This document shows, in pieces, positions 37,101 to 49,789 of a DNA stretch of 64,000 nt. The stretch covers positions 177,444,001 through 177,508,000 of the forward strand of contig NC_042998.1 of the NCBI RefSeq assembly GCF_006345805.1, written 5' to 3'. The notes under the pieces are model-generated. The model was not told where the DNA came from. It did no database searches and saw nothing but the letters and a program-made list of their open reading frames with translations. Positions within the stretch are counted from its first letter, which is position 1. Every line of letters starts with the position of its first letter. The position numbers were made by a program, and so were the translations under genes. The stretch comes from Octopus sinensis (Eukaryota).

Positions 37101-39376
37101 TCCTTTAACAGATATTATTTTGGGGTTTCTAGCAATCATGATCACCAGGTAGGTATGGAGGGTGGTGGTAGTTGAGTGGTAAACAACTCAACCATGCAAC
37201 AAGTTGTTTAGTGGATTACAAGTTGCAAATAGCAGAAACCAAACTCTTAAATCCAGGGATATTCTTGCACTTAATTATTCTCAAAGTTGTGATGCCACTT
37301 ACTCGTAAGTTCTGTAAAAAAGCTAATGAGGAAATGGTGGTCACACACACACACAGTGGATGGTATCACAGCATACAAACTTACTTGAGCCAGAGTTTAT
37401 ATACACATTCACAAAACCAATGATTGAACTCATGGCAACGCTTAACCCATTTAGCATTGATCAAATATCGTGTTAATCACTGTAGTTTACAAGGTGGGCA
37501 TATGTTAGTTCAACCAATGTATCATTGATATTCTGGTTGAAGCAGAATGAGTAAATGGCATTACGACTAACATGAGGATATTTTGGGCATAGCCAATAAC
37601 ACTCCACCATGAATTAAAAAATGATTTTGGTTCAAAATTCTGAGAATGCTACTAAACACTACAAGCTTCTGAAGAAGGATGGCAGGTGCAATGGTCAAAA
37701 TGTGACCAACGGTCAAGATGAGGACATTAGTCCAAACATAACAGTGTGTGATAATGGGAAATTAGCAAGTATTTAGTCCTTTATTCAATAAATAAATAAA
37801 TAATAGTCATCAAAATATTCGGAATTTTTGCTTGTATTTTTCACATTTTTTAAAAAATATAATTTTATTGCTGCACTACACCTTTTGAGAACCACTGGAA
37901 TTGAGACCAATCGTTGTCATTGCCGAAAACAGGTGGATAACTCTTGTAACATGCAGAAACCTTTCTTATCAAATTATTAATAGGTTTTAATAAAGTATAT
38001 GCAGACTTCTCCACAGAACTAATTTTTCTTGAACTGCCTTCCAACCTATAGATTCCGGTCATTTAATCTTCAAGCAAAACCTTAGTCAAACTATTCACTC
38101 ATCCTTTCTAATGCAACAAAAGATATTAACTGAGTGAATTCTCAAATCTTAAGTCTCAAAATACTGAGGGTTTTATATCACACCAATTTATCCAAAAGCA
38201 TTGGAATCTTTTTCTTAATGGTGTCTTGAATGGATGGATTTCAGTAAGGTTTTCGATATCAACCATGCTTCTTAATGTATACACAGTAAAATAATTGGGA
38301 CAGGGAAAGTTAAGTATGAAAATTCTGTACTCCAGAATTTAACTGCACTTCCATTAAAAAAATATTTAAAATATATTACATGGAATAAAAGTAAAAAATT
38401 ATGTATATACTTCATGATAGTTGACTAGTGCATATTATGATGATGTAGTTTCGAATGTAGAATGAAGAAATGCAAATGAAGTAGAGGCTAACATTGTCTA
38501 ATAATGTTTGATGTAAGCAATTAAATATAATATACATTTGCTGATCGTCAGAAAAAAATGGAAGGAGTTAAGATATGGGATTGATAAATGTTGACTAGAA
38601 GTCATTTCCTTTAAGAAAATGTACAACTATATTCACTTAGGCGATGTTATAACTTTTTCCAAATTTATATAAAAATTAAATGATTAGTAACTGAAAAATT
38701 TTGTCCGAATCAGATGTATTTTGAAATAATTCAATGAGGTTTCCAAATTTGGGCACAAGGCCAGCATCGACCAGTATTCAACTGGTACTTAATATTAATT
38801 ATAGTGTATATTTTAAAGTAACTAGTTTTCTGTAAGTAGCAATGTCAGAAACACAAGTGGAAAAATTAAATTAAATTCAGTATTTCTTTTTAAGTGTGAA
38901 CAGGGAGAAAGCATATAGCAAATATAACGTAAACATTTCAGAAAAATAAGTGAATGGTCAATGAATTTGCAAAATGAAAAATATGCTTCACCCATGGTAA
39001 AGACAATCACAACATGAGCAAAGAAATTTCGATGCGAAATCTTTCAGGCCTAATTTGATCTTCGACTAAAAGTATTTTCCGTCACTTGACTTAGTATAGC
39101 ACAGGGAGGTCTTCCAACATATTTAATATAAAAGATGGATAAAATAATGCGGATAAAATTAATTTCGATAAACTTCCGTTCTCCATTCAATATTTGATAT
39201 TTAAAAGAAATGTGAACAAAAAATAATTTTCATACAAATTTCTTATGGTAAATTCTTCAAATGAATGAAAATACATAAAAAAAAAAATTATAGCCCATAT
39301 ACATTTGAAATAATTAGTGCACATGGGTTTTTAAGTGTGTATATATTTAAGTATATATATGATGTACATAGGAATA

Positions 39377-40066
39377 TTATAAATAATATATACATTCGTA
39401 AGTCCAAACAGAGATCAAACCACAGAGATATGGGTAAGCCTTGGCAGCAACACACCTGAAACCAGCGTGTCTATAAAGCTGCCTCGCATGTTCGTTTACT
39501 TCTGTTGTTATCAATTCAATAGCATCGTAACCTTGTCTACGACAAAACTCAATGGAAGAATTCAAAAGATCTCTTGCAATACCACGTCTCCGGTAATTTG
39601 GGTGAACAAACATACGACGCAGCCAGGCAACCTTTTTGACATTTTTATCAAAATTAGCTTTATCCTTTTTCACAATAGCAATGGTTCCGACTACTTTGTC
39701 TTTGCATACTGCCACCCAGAAATTATTGTCAGGGTCAGATAGATAAACACCGGTGACATCCGACATGTCACGGAGAGGAGGTCCATACAGATAGTAAAGG
39801 AATCCAAGAAGAGTGAAAAAATAGATACATGCACAGTAGCAAAGAATTCCACCGAACAGCTTGGCCAAGGTGATGTTGCTTTCGGTTTTTATTAAAACAC
39901 ATGTCATAGCAGCCGAAAACAAGAGTGCAGAGCTCCGTCGGAAAAGAAGAGCCTTAAACAACAGGTTAATGTAATTTTTACTACCAAGTTTCACTACAGT
40001 CCATGTATCCTGGCTGTCAGCTACTGTCCATTGACGAATTGTGTGCCTGGTAACTGACTCTGTCAT
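39377..40066 (-). CDS. NAT8/NAT8L (camello)-family membrane-anchored GNAT N-acetyltransferase, single coding exon, 229 aa
   Basis: Hydrophobic N-terminal segment; DMSDV..YLSDPDNNFWVA; LRRMFV..YRRRGIA (acetyl-CoA motif A); ARQLYRHAGF (motif B); intact ATG to stop. Confidence 0.92.
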   Translation of the reverse strand: MTESVTRHTIRQWTVADSQDTWTVVKLGSKNYINLLFKALLFRRSSALLFSAAMTCVLIKTESNITLAKLFGGILCYCACIYFFTLLGFLYYLYGPPLRDMSDVTGVYLSDPDNNFWVAVCKDKVVGTIAIVKKDKANFDKNVKKVAWLRRMFVHPNYRRRGIARDLLNSSIEFCRRQGYDAIELITTEVNEHARQLYRHAGFRCVAAKAYPYLCGLISVWTYECIYYL

Positions 40067-40130
40067 TGCGATTATTTATTTCTTCTTCTGCTTAGCTGCC
40101 GCTCCATGGATATCATGGCCAGCAAAACAT

Positions 40131-40140
40131 CTTTTATATA
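40131..40140 (-). promoter_or_regulatory. TATA box of the acetyltransferase gene
   Basis: TATATAAAAG on the minus strand, ~65-75 nt upstream of the ATG. Confidence 0.55.
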
Positions 40141-41180
40141 GCGATGATCGATGGACTTCAGATTTAAGACGATAAGTAATCAGAGTTACTTCCCTTTAGT
40201 TCCAACTAAATATTTGTCCAAAGACGGCTTCAGTCTGAACCAAGTTCGTATTTTGTGAGAAGCAGTGAATTTTAACATTTGTAACCCAACGACGTAGCCT
40301 GTTTGAAACTTTAGGATTCTCTCTCTCTCACTCTCTTTTTTTTTTTCACAGCATACAACTATTCACTTCTGTGAACTTTCGTTTCCATTTGCTTTCCCAA
40401 AGATTACTAATCGTCAGCGCACCGAATTAAAGCAATTAATTAATGGTTCGTTATGATATTGTTTCAAATTTTGCTAACTGCATGTCACTAGGAGATGATT
40501 GTAAAACTAATATGAAAAGTTCTTCAAAAATGATAAGTAAAAATAATGTTCTAGCAAATAAATTTGCTTAGAATTAATGAACAAACAAAACGAACGGGCA
40601 AAATTATTTTTGTTTTACAGTTTTGTTTAGCTCTGTATGTTAAAAAATAAAAGAGATACTCAAAAGTCACTAAAAAAATTATTCAATGGGGTGACGAAGG
40701 TCGCTTGACCTGCTAGAAGTAGCTGCCAAATTCCATTAACTCACATCTTGAAACAGTAACAAAGCATTTGATAATGTAGACTTATATATAGAAAGAAAAA
40801 GAAGTAAAGACGAAATAATCAAGGCTGGAATGCTTGGGGCAGCTTGAAGCTAAACCATTCCCGTCGCTGCGGGTTGGGAGTACTGGATGACATGCACTCT
40901 CATTATTCAATGGTGCACTCCCAGATTTAGAAAATGCAGTTTACAAAAATTTTCCCACAATACAAATTAGTCCCACCCAATATATTCTGAAGCATACTCA
41001 GACACCAAAGTCTAGCGATGGGCCTGGGCTAACCTAGCATATTTAATTCTAAATATTTTAAATAACAGAGGATCTTAATTAAGTAAGCATATATTCATGC
41101 TACATAGATTTGAAGTTGCTCGAAGGTTATCTTTGTTATATTTTATACTGTGTTAATAATTACATTTGTTTAAAATAGTG

Positions 41181-41351
41181 GTGCTCCGCAACCGTATTTC
41201 ACTTGCGCTACACTTATATTTTTTTTTAAATCAGTGGCACACCTAAACTAAAAATATAGGGGAAAAAATTATATTCAGATTACTCTGCGACACACCTAGC
41301 ATCGTCCTGTGGTACACCAGTCTGCCACGGCATACCGGCTGCGGAGCACTG
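41181..41351. mobile_element. Short hAT/Charlie-like MITE
   Basis: Ends GTGCTCCGCAACC / GGCTGCGGAGCACTG; flanks aaatagtg and caatactg resemble a decayed 8-bp TSD. Confidence 0.5.
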
Positions 41352-41763
41352 CAATACTGAATAATTCAGTATACTGGGTAAAACTGAAGGTATGAGTAAT
41401 GAGAATAGGGTAGATAATCCAATTATAGGAGTAAGCTCAAATCTTCAGACGTCTTTTATCACTAAGTGTTGTGCTTTGTCAGCCTTCTCCAAGCTGTATA
41501 ACTACAACTGTTCTGAGATAAAGACGCCAGGCATATTTTATTCGAACCCATTGTTTACTTATGCATGCGTGCGTGTGTACTCTGGTGGGTGAGAAACTGT
41601 TGGTTTGTTTACATCTCCATAATATAACGGTTTCGTGGAAGAGACCAGTAGAATAAGCACTTACAATGAGCACTGGGGTTGATTTGCTTGACTAACCCTA
41701 CAAAGTGGTTTGCAGCATAACTGTAGTCCAATGACTGAAACAAGTAAATGAGTAAAAGGTATA

Positions 41764-41833
<70 letters not shown>

Positions 41834-41836
<3 letters not shown>

Positions 41837-42158
41837 TGAAGTATATTTGCCACTTGAATGTGGCTAACCCTTAAGGGTGGATACTACAGTAGCTTGTAGT
41901 CCCAGGAGGACATCTCATCCAGCTGGCTATTGACACACTTTCTGTGCCCTATCAGCATTTGCAAATATCTAGAAACCCGGGTCCTTGTGTATCACGTCAG
42001 GTTGAAGATGGGAAGGATGACTTCCCTTTGCAAATATTGATAGAGCACAGAAAGTGTGTCAATAGCCAGCTGGAGGAGGTGTCCTCCTGGGGCTACAAGC
42101 TACAGTAGCATCCACTCTTAAGGGTTAGCCACATTTAAGTGGAAAATATACTTCATGA
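41834..42158. mobile_element. Fold-back element with ~132-bp inverted arms and a 61-bp spacer
   Basis: 41834-41965 is the reverse complement of 42027-42158 with scattered substitutions; adjacent to (TA)n. Confidence 0.85.
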
Positions 42159-42196
42159 TGTCGTGCAGCTACTGTGTATACCATGCTCAGAGATTT

Positions 42197-42227
<31 letters not shown>

Positions 42228-43128
42228 TCGCTACTTTCAGTTCTTGAAGTTGTTGACCTCTTTAGCTTATCTTTGTAGTGATATATATATATATATATAT
42301 ACAGGATTGGCCAAAAGGGTTAATTTGCATTGCTGTCTAATTCAATGATCCTGGTAGCTCAGTCTGGCAAGCTGAACACTCGTGGTTAGGAATTTTGACA
42401 AATACCTATTATTGTTAACCTGGATACCTTCCTAAAGGAGTTGGCATTAGGAAGGGCATCCAGCAGTAGAAACCATGTCAGAGCAGACACTGGAGTTTGA
42501 GGCAGGCCATTGGCTTCCAACCCATGCCAGCATGGAAAGCAGATGTTAAACAATGGAGATGATGATGATGACAATGACGATGATATTCAGAGTTAAGTTT
42601 GTAAGTAGAGGATTTAGATTAGAAGCTGTGCATCTGTATCTAGGCAGTAAGTGGGAAGATGTGAAGTGCCACCATTTATAAATGGGGCTGTGTGCATTTT
42701 GAGGAGATGTTATAAAGCTATGTAAGTACAAAGGGTTCTAAATCAATGGGGTTCTGTTGTCAGGGAATTACAGATTCAAGATGTGCTGTGGATAAGTACT
42801 ATGCAGGCCTAGCAACCTGAGAAGTAGTTGGTGATCACTTGAAGAATCACCATCCAAGAATATCCGCCTGCAGAAATGTTACCCAAACCATTGGTGTAGT
42901 TAGTGTGTGCTACCTAGAACAGCCCTTCAGTTTCCCACCCCCAACTCCTACCCTTGTACAGACTTACACAGCAGACCAAAGGCATCTCCTACCCACTGTA
43001 AAAGCATTGTCTAGGTCAGACTGCTTCCACTGTCAATCCCACCTCTTCCTCCCAGCAATGCAAATTAACCCCTATCTGCTCCACTTGATGAATAATCACC
43101 ATTAATCACAGCAACTATAATCGAAATA

Positions 43129-43924
43129 CAAGGTCTGATCACTAAGTATCTGGACTGTTGCCATAGTAATGAAGTTAAAGCATGCAGAATGAAACCGCTT
43201 GGCAAAGATTGACCTTGTACTCTGCTGTGCATGCGCACTAAGTTTTAATATTCTAGCTCACTTTCGTTGTTTACAGCAGTGCTTGGAAGGAAGGTGTGTA
43301 GTGTGTGTCATCGCATTGACCATGACAGAGAAAGTTGTCATGGTGATACCTGCTCAGAAGCCTATGAAAAGTTGCAGAAAGTGTATGGAGAGGAGTGTAA
43401 AAGCTACACACAAGTGTATGAGTGGTTCAGTTTCAGATGAGGGAAATCATGGAATCACCATCCATGAGTTATCAGAGGATGTGCAAATTAGTTACGGTTC
43501 AGTTTAGTCAGTTATCACTGAAGATTTGTGTATGAGACGTGTGTCTGCCAAGTTTGTGCCAAAACTGCTTTCAGCTGATCAAAATAACACTCAGGTTTCA
43601 GTTGCACAAGATCTTGATTGTGTCAAGAACAATGAAAACTTTTTGAAAATTTTGTGTAGGCCTCTGAGCAGGTATTGCCAAGCTTTTGGCAAAATTTGAT
43701 GCAGATTCTCTGCTTAACTTTCTTTGTCATGGTCAATGCAACAATCACACGCTACACACCTTCCTTCCAAGCACTGCTGTAAACAGTGGAAGTGAGCTAG
43801 AATGTTAAAACTTAGTGTGCATGCACAGCGGAGCTCAAGGTCAATCTGTGCCCAGCAACTTCACTCTGTGTGCTTTAGCTTTTTTACTATGGCAATCGTC
43901 CGGATACTTTTTGATCAGACCACA
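43129..43924 (+). mobile_element. Non-autonomous mariner derivative with ~205-bp inverted arms and an internal transposase remnant
   Basis: TA flanks (43127-43128, 43925-43926); arms 43129-43335 and ~43718-43924; remnant translates ITIHELSEDVQISYGSV*SVITEDLCMRRVSAKFVPKLL. Confidence 0.85.
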
Positions 43925-43966
43925 TAATTTGGGATAGCATAAATAAATTCTTTCATGCTATGCATA

Positions 43967-44356
43967 CTCTCTCTTTTGACTTGTTTCAGTCATGTGACTG
44001 TGGCCATGCTGGAGCACTGCCTTTAATCAGGCAAATCGATCCCAGGACTTATTCTTTGTAAGCCTAGTACTTATTCTATTGGTCTCTTTTGCTGAACCGC
44101 TAAGTTACGGGGACGTAAACACACCACCATCAGTTGTCAAGCGATGTTGGGGAGACAAACACAGACACACAAACATATTCACACACACATATATACGACG
44201 GGCTTCTTTCACTTTCCATCTACCAAATCCACTCACAAGCTTTTGGTCGGCCCGAGGCTATAGTAGAAGACACTTGCCCAAGGTGCCACGCAGTGGGACT
44301 GAACCCGGAACCATGTGGTTCATAAGCAACCTACCTACCACAGCCACTCCTATGCC
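43967..44356 (-). mobile_element. SINE family A, full length
   Basis: Matches 5924-6333. Confidence 0.85.
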
Positions 44357-44581
44357 TATATCCTTATCTTGAAAGCTTAAAGACTAAAAATAATGAGAAT
44401 AATATACACTATGTTTCAAATTTAACTGAAGGTACAATAATTATATAGATAATACTGCAAAATATTATCTCTGTAGTAGTGACAGTTTCATTGTTGCTTA
44501 GCACCAGGTCAGCACCGTTTTGAACAGACCTATGATCAAAAATACTCAAACTGTGACCATCACATTTTTCCCTATATCAGA

Positions 44582-44928
44582 GACTAACTACTCCCACATT
44601 TTGCGGTGCAGTTTAACCAAAATCGGGTATCTTATAGTCGTGATTCATATCGAGCTCTTCTGGGTATTAGCGCGCGTCTACGATGAGTCTACGATTTAAA
44701 AAAAAAATTTACCATCAATTTTTCCCATTTTTTATGCATTTTTGGCATATATAAGGGAAGTAACTCTCTAAAAATTTATTAAATCTCAGAACATAAAAAG
44801 CTACAGTAACATCCCCCCCCCCTTTGTGGTTAGCCATATTGAGATGGCTATTATACTTTACATCTCTAAAAATGCTTATATAGTTATTTCCCTTAAAAAT
44901 CCGAGCAACGCCGGGCGATACTGCTAGT
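44582..44928 (+). mobile_element. Non-autonomous Helitron-like element (3' end)
   Basis: GC-rich imperfect hairpin ccgagcaacgccggg (44901-44915) followed by CTAG|T (44924-44928); 5' boundary uncertain. Confidence 0.55.
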
Positions 44929-46408
44929 ATTTTATATAGTTCAACCTAAGCAAGTTAATGTGTGGAAAAACAAATTAGGAATTTTGAAAGAAGATCCTAT
45001 AAAACTAGTAAAAAATGGTTGAGAACTTCTGGTGTAGAGGTTCCCTTGATTGTAAGTGGTAGTTGTGCTTGTGATATTGTGTGTGGTGTTGTCAATGATG
45101 GTGAAGATTGGAATGGTAGAGGTAGTTGTACTAATGTTGGCATGGTGTTAATGATGTTGGTAGTTTTGGCATTATTGATATTGATGGTGATGGTAATGTG
45201 TCTGTGTCCAAACTCCATCCAGTGCAATCTGAGGATTCAGGTTTATCATGTCAGGATATCCCATTTGAAAATCATCATCCTGTAAAAGTCTGAGGTGATG
45301 ATACCTCAGGTGATTCGTAGTTTACTATCGAGCGTTTTGTGTTATTTCTAAAGTTGATGTCGACCATTTTGTACTCAAGTAATAAGTTTTGCTTATGTCA
45401 AAAAGAAAAGAAAAAAAAAAGGCAGAAGAAGAAAGAAAAAAAGAAAAATCGCTACGCGTTTCATTCTATAGTATTTAGAAATGATACGTGCCTGATGCTT
45501 TTTTCCCTGTTGTTGAAGCTATTGGCTGTAATTGTATAATATTTGAGTGCAGTGATTTACAGCGGGGAAAGAGTAAATTAGTGATATCAAAGTAGATGAA
45601 AGCGGCGAGCTATCAGAATTGTTAGCCCATCGGTAAGATGCTTGGCAACATTTCTTCCAGCTCTCTATGATCTGAGTTCGAATTTCGCCTAGATCGATTT
45701 TGCTTTTCATCTTTTCGGGGTCGATAAAATAAACACAAGTCGAGTCCTGGGATGGATGAAATCGTCAAGTTCCATAGAAAGGGTATTGGATTCGTGGTGC
45801 TATTTTTTAAGTTGAATTTTAAAACTGTTTGCGGCAGGTACGATTAGTTGTTATTGGAGCCGTGATTCCGGTTGTAATAAACTCATGTTATTTATTTTCA
45901 GGCATAATACCTCTAGCATAATAATATTCAAACGTAACCTTCATTTTTCAGACAGCAGGATGCGAGTTGAGATTTAGCTGGTATTTCTAGCAGGCCGAGC
46001 AACTTTTTTTTACAACGTACTGATTCAAAGTGCGAGCGGTGTTTTGTATTTTATTTTCATCTTTTTTTTTTTTGCCTGATATATCAGGAAATGTTTAATA
46101 AAGGAGCTTTTTGTTATTGGGTCGTAGTTGTTTTTGGAACTGGAAGTTGTTATTATCAAGAGTGCTGTGACATAGCCGTTGTTGGTGTTAATTTGCAGCG
46201 TTTCACTGCTTATGTTGCTCATAAGTAAATGTTTACTTCGGTTTTGGGTTTTCTATAGAATCTACAAAAGTATATTTTAAAATATTTGTCTGAATAGATA
46301 ATAAAATATCAATTTAAAACCAACTGCCGTTTTGAAATCATTATATGAAAACAGTGCATGTATGGTCTCCCATAGTTTTAATGACACTTTATAGGAAACC
46401 GTCAGTCT

Positions 46409-46422
46409 GTGGCCATGACAAC
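46409..46422. promoter_or_regulatory. RFX X-box-like motif, possible promoter of the NME8/9-like gene
   Basis: GTGGCCATGACAAC, close to GTTGCCATGGCAAC; donor-like CAG|gtaggt at 46445/46446. Confidence 0.35.
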
Positions 46423-47459
46423 ACGACGCTAACCGTGTGCAACAGGTAGGTTTACGTTTCTCTCTCGAATTAACATCCGCCTAGTAGGAGTGATGGGTTG
46501 GGGATTTATTCTTAACGAAGAAAATAACAAAAAATAGACAGAGAAACAACTCAACCATGGTTTTATATTTTCTTCAGAATGTTGTTTTTTAAAGTGAAAG
46601 TCTAACATTTTATATTATCTCTGCAATAACTAAGTACCGAAAGAAAGTTATTTGCCTCTGTCACTCCTCCGAACTGTTGAGGCTCCATTTTGGTATGTCA
46701 TGATTGATATTACGGTTGATGCTATCTATCCCGTCTGTAGTACTGCCTGAACAGATCTGAATCTGTTAAATAAAATATCTGATTAAATGCATGCTGCTTT
46801 CCTGGGGTGAACCGAAAATAATTTTCAATTAATTGAAATTATAATGAGTAAAGTCATTAGGATAAATAAACATTACTCTTTGAAGGGAAAAAAGGAAGAA
46901 CTTTCGAAAACTTTAAGTGACCAAAACTTAAAGATTTTCAGTGATTTTGATTTTTGGTACCTATGTGACAACTCCAGATATATTTCAGTATTTTCAGAAG
47001 TCCCCATTAGAGCATAGTCAACTCCTAGCTGCCAAAATGCCAGAATGATTAATATACAAAGTTTTTATTCATGAAAATAATTCAGTGATTAGGAAAATTA
47101 AAACAAAATTATGTTTAAACATTTCTCCAAAGTGTCTTCTCCGTGAAGAATATATAGTTAAGTGCCGGCCACAATATTTAATGCCAAAACTAGTTTTAAT
47201 CAGCTGAAATTATAGCTGTAATGAGAACAAAATCCATTAGCATGAATAAAAATGTCTCTTAAAAGTGATCACTAATGATTAGTGAACTTTAACACAGGAC
47301 TTGAACTATTGCATAGGAAAAAGTTTAGTCAGAAATAGAAACAGCCAGCATACCCAATTTGCTGGTATTCAAGTAACTTTATACTAGGTAGGCTTTTGTG
47401 GAGTAATATATTCCATATCGCTTTATGCCTTAGTAGCTAATAATTATACACATTATATT

Positions 47460-47733
47460 CGAGCGTGGTCGTTACCAACGTCGCTTCACTGGCACCTGTG
47501 CCGGTGGCAAGTGTCATTGCCAGTACTGCCTGACTGGCCCCCATGCCGGTGGCACGTAAAAACCACCCACTACACTCTCGGAGTGGTTGGCATTAGGAAG
47601 GGCATCCAACCATAGAAACCCTGCCAGATCAAGATTGGAGCCTGGTGCAGCCATCTGGTTCGCCAGCCCTCAGTCAAAATCGTCCAACCCATGCTAGCAT
47701 GGAAAGCGGACGTTAAACGATGATGATGATGAT
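47460..47733 (+). mobile_element. SINE family C with (GAT)n tail
   Basis: Matches 1690-2050. Confidence 0.8.
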
Positions 47734-48665
47734 ATTAAGTCACACTGTTTGTCTCACAGCAAGATATCTTTATGGAATGTCTTACAGTTTAGTAAAATAA
47801 TTATCTAGCAGGTGTTGATGTGGGATAATGTTTAATGTGAGATGAACTGTTTCACATCAGCACATCACATGTGACTTGTAAAATTTTTCTTCCTTTCTTT
47901 CTTTTTTTTTCTTTCTTTCTCTCTTTCAAGTCTGAGAAGTGGAATTGCTTCTTGTTGCTTGTTCCGAGCCTCTAGCAAGATTTGAACTCATCACTGCAAG
48001 CTTATCAAAATGCTTGTTGATTAAATAATGTTCCTTTTTATTTGTAATGTATCTAAGTATGCACCTACTTACAGCTAGGAAGACTGAAACAGTGAGAGTC
48101 AAGCATTGGCTATGATTGACACAACACCACAACACAGTGTAGTTATTGAAATTTAAGCTTCAACTGGTAATCAAACACCCTAATTAACATGGCTCATTGT
48201 CCCATGCAATTAATTTATAATTAGTTATTTAGATATTATTAAAATATAAAGTGCTGTTTGAAATGAAGACATCTAATTGTTTCAGTTTTTAATATATTTT
48301 ATGATAAAATAAACCTTTCCTGTTTTCTATTCCAATAAATAACTGTGTCTTATTTTATAACATAAAGAGTTGATGCACATTTTTTATGCAATAAAATACA
48401 TGGAATGAATTATTATTCATCAACATCTGATCTGAAATTTATGCAAGAAAACTTTCATGTATTGTATATCTTACAAAACCAACTGGCTATTATGTATTTC
48501 TTCCTTCAATTCTAGAGAGGTTATACACCTTGAACCATTTGAGTCTGATGAGTCATCTATATTGCTAAGTGCTTTATAGGTTTGGAACCAATGGTCCTCT
48601 GTGGCTAGCCTTAACTTTTAACTTCTTAGTGTATATATATATATATATAAAAATATATATATATT

Positions 48666-48828
48666 GGCGTAGGAGCGGCTGTGTGGTAAGTAGCTTGCTT
48701 ACCAACCACACGGTTCCGAGTTCAGTCCCACTGCATGGCACCTTGGGCAAGTGTCTTCTACTATAGCCTCAGGCAGACCAAAGCCTTGTGAGTGGATTTG
48801 TTAGACAGAAACTGAAAGAAGCTTGTAG

Positions 48829-48882
<54 letters not shown>

Positions 48883-49322
48883 GTGTATGTATGTTTGTGT
48901 GTCTATGTTTGTCCCCCAAACATCGTTTGACAACCAATGCTGGTGTGTTTACAACCCTGTAACTTAGCGGTTTGGCAAAAGAGACCGATAGAATAAGTAC
49001 TAAGTCCTGGGGTCGATTTGCTCGACTAAAAGGCAGTACTCCAGCAAGGCCACAGTCAAATGACTGAAACCAGTAAAAGAGTAAAAGACAGCCTCCTGTG
49101 CAGGTGGCACACAAAAAGCACCATTTGAGCATGGCTGTTGCTAGTACCGCCTGACTGGCCCTTGTGCTACTCTCGGAGTGGTTGGTATTAGGAAGGGCAT
49201 CCAGCTGTAGAAACTCTGCCAGATCAGATTGAAGTCTGATGTAGCCATCTGGTTCACCAGCCCTCAGTCAAAATCATCCAACCCATGCTAGCATGGAAAG
49301 TGGAGGTTAAATGATGATGATG
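48666..49322 (+). mobile_element. SINE family A (48666-49088) directly followed by SINE family C (49090-49322)
   Basis: Family motifs as above. Confidence 0.8.
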
Positions 49323-49789
49323 ATATATATCCAGATTAAGTGAAATTTCTCATCAGTATTACTACTAATAATAACAATTCTTTTTATTATGGGCATTTTA
49401 GGGGAAATAGAAATTTGTGGGGAAGCTGCATGGGGATTATATTGACCCCAGTGCTCAACTGCTACTTATTTTTTTGATCCTGAAAGAATGAAAGGCAAAG
49501 TCAACATCAGTGGAATTTGAACTCAATGTAGAACCAGAAGAAATGCTGCTAAGCATTTTGTAATGCTAACAATTCTTCCAGCTGACTGCCTTAATAATAA
49601 CAATTATTTCTACTTTGGACACAAGGTACTTAATTTATCGACCCCGAAAGGATGAAAGGCAAAGTCAACCTCGGCAGAATTTGAACTCAGAACACGAAGA
49701 CAGGTGAAATACCACTTAGTGGTATTTCGCTTGGCATGCTAACGATTCTGCCAGTTCATTGCCATAATAGTAATAATAATAATAATAAT

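Noticed and set aside
37665-37715. CTGAAGAAGG...GGTCAAAATGTGACC hammerhead-like stretch
   Set aside because: GAAA core absent and stem II unpaired
40310-40400. Strong plus-strand splice acceptor upstream of the acetyltransferase gene
   Set aside because: No matching donor, ORF or partner exon identified; may simply be a promoter pyrimidine tract
44962-45285. ORFs on both strands in a GT/CA-skewed stretch
   Set aside because: Low-complexity composition, stops in the plausible frames and no recognisable motif
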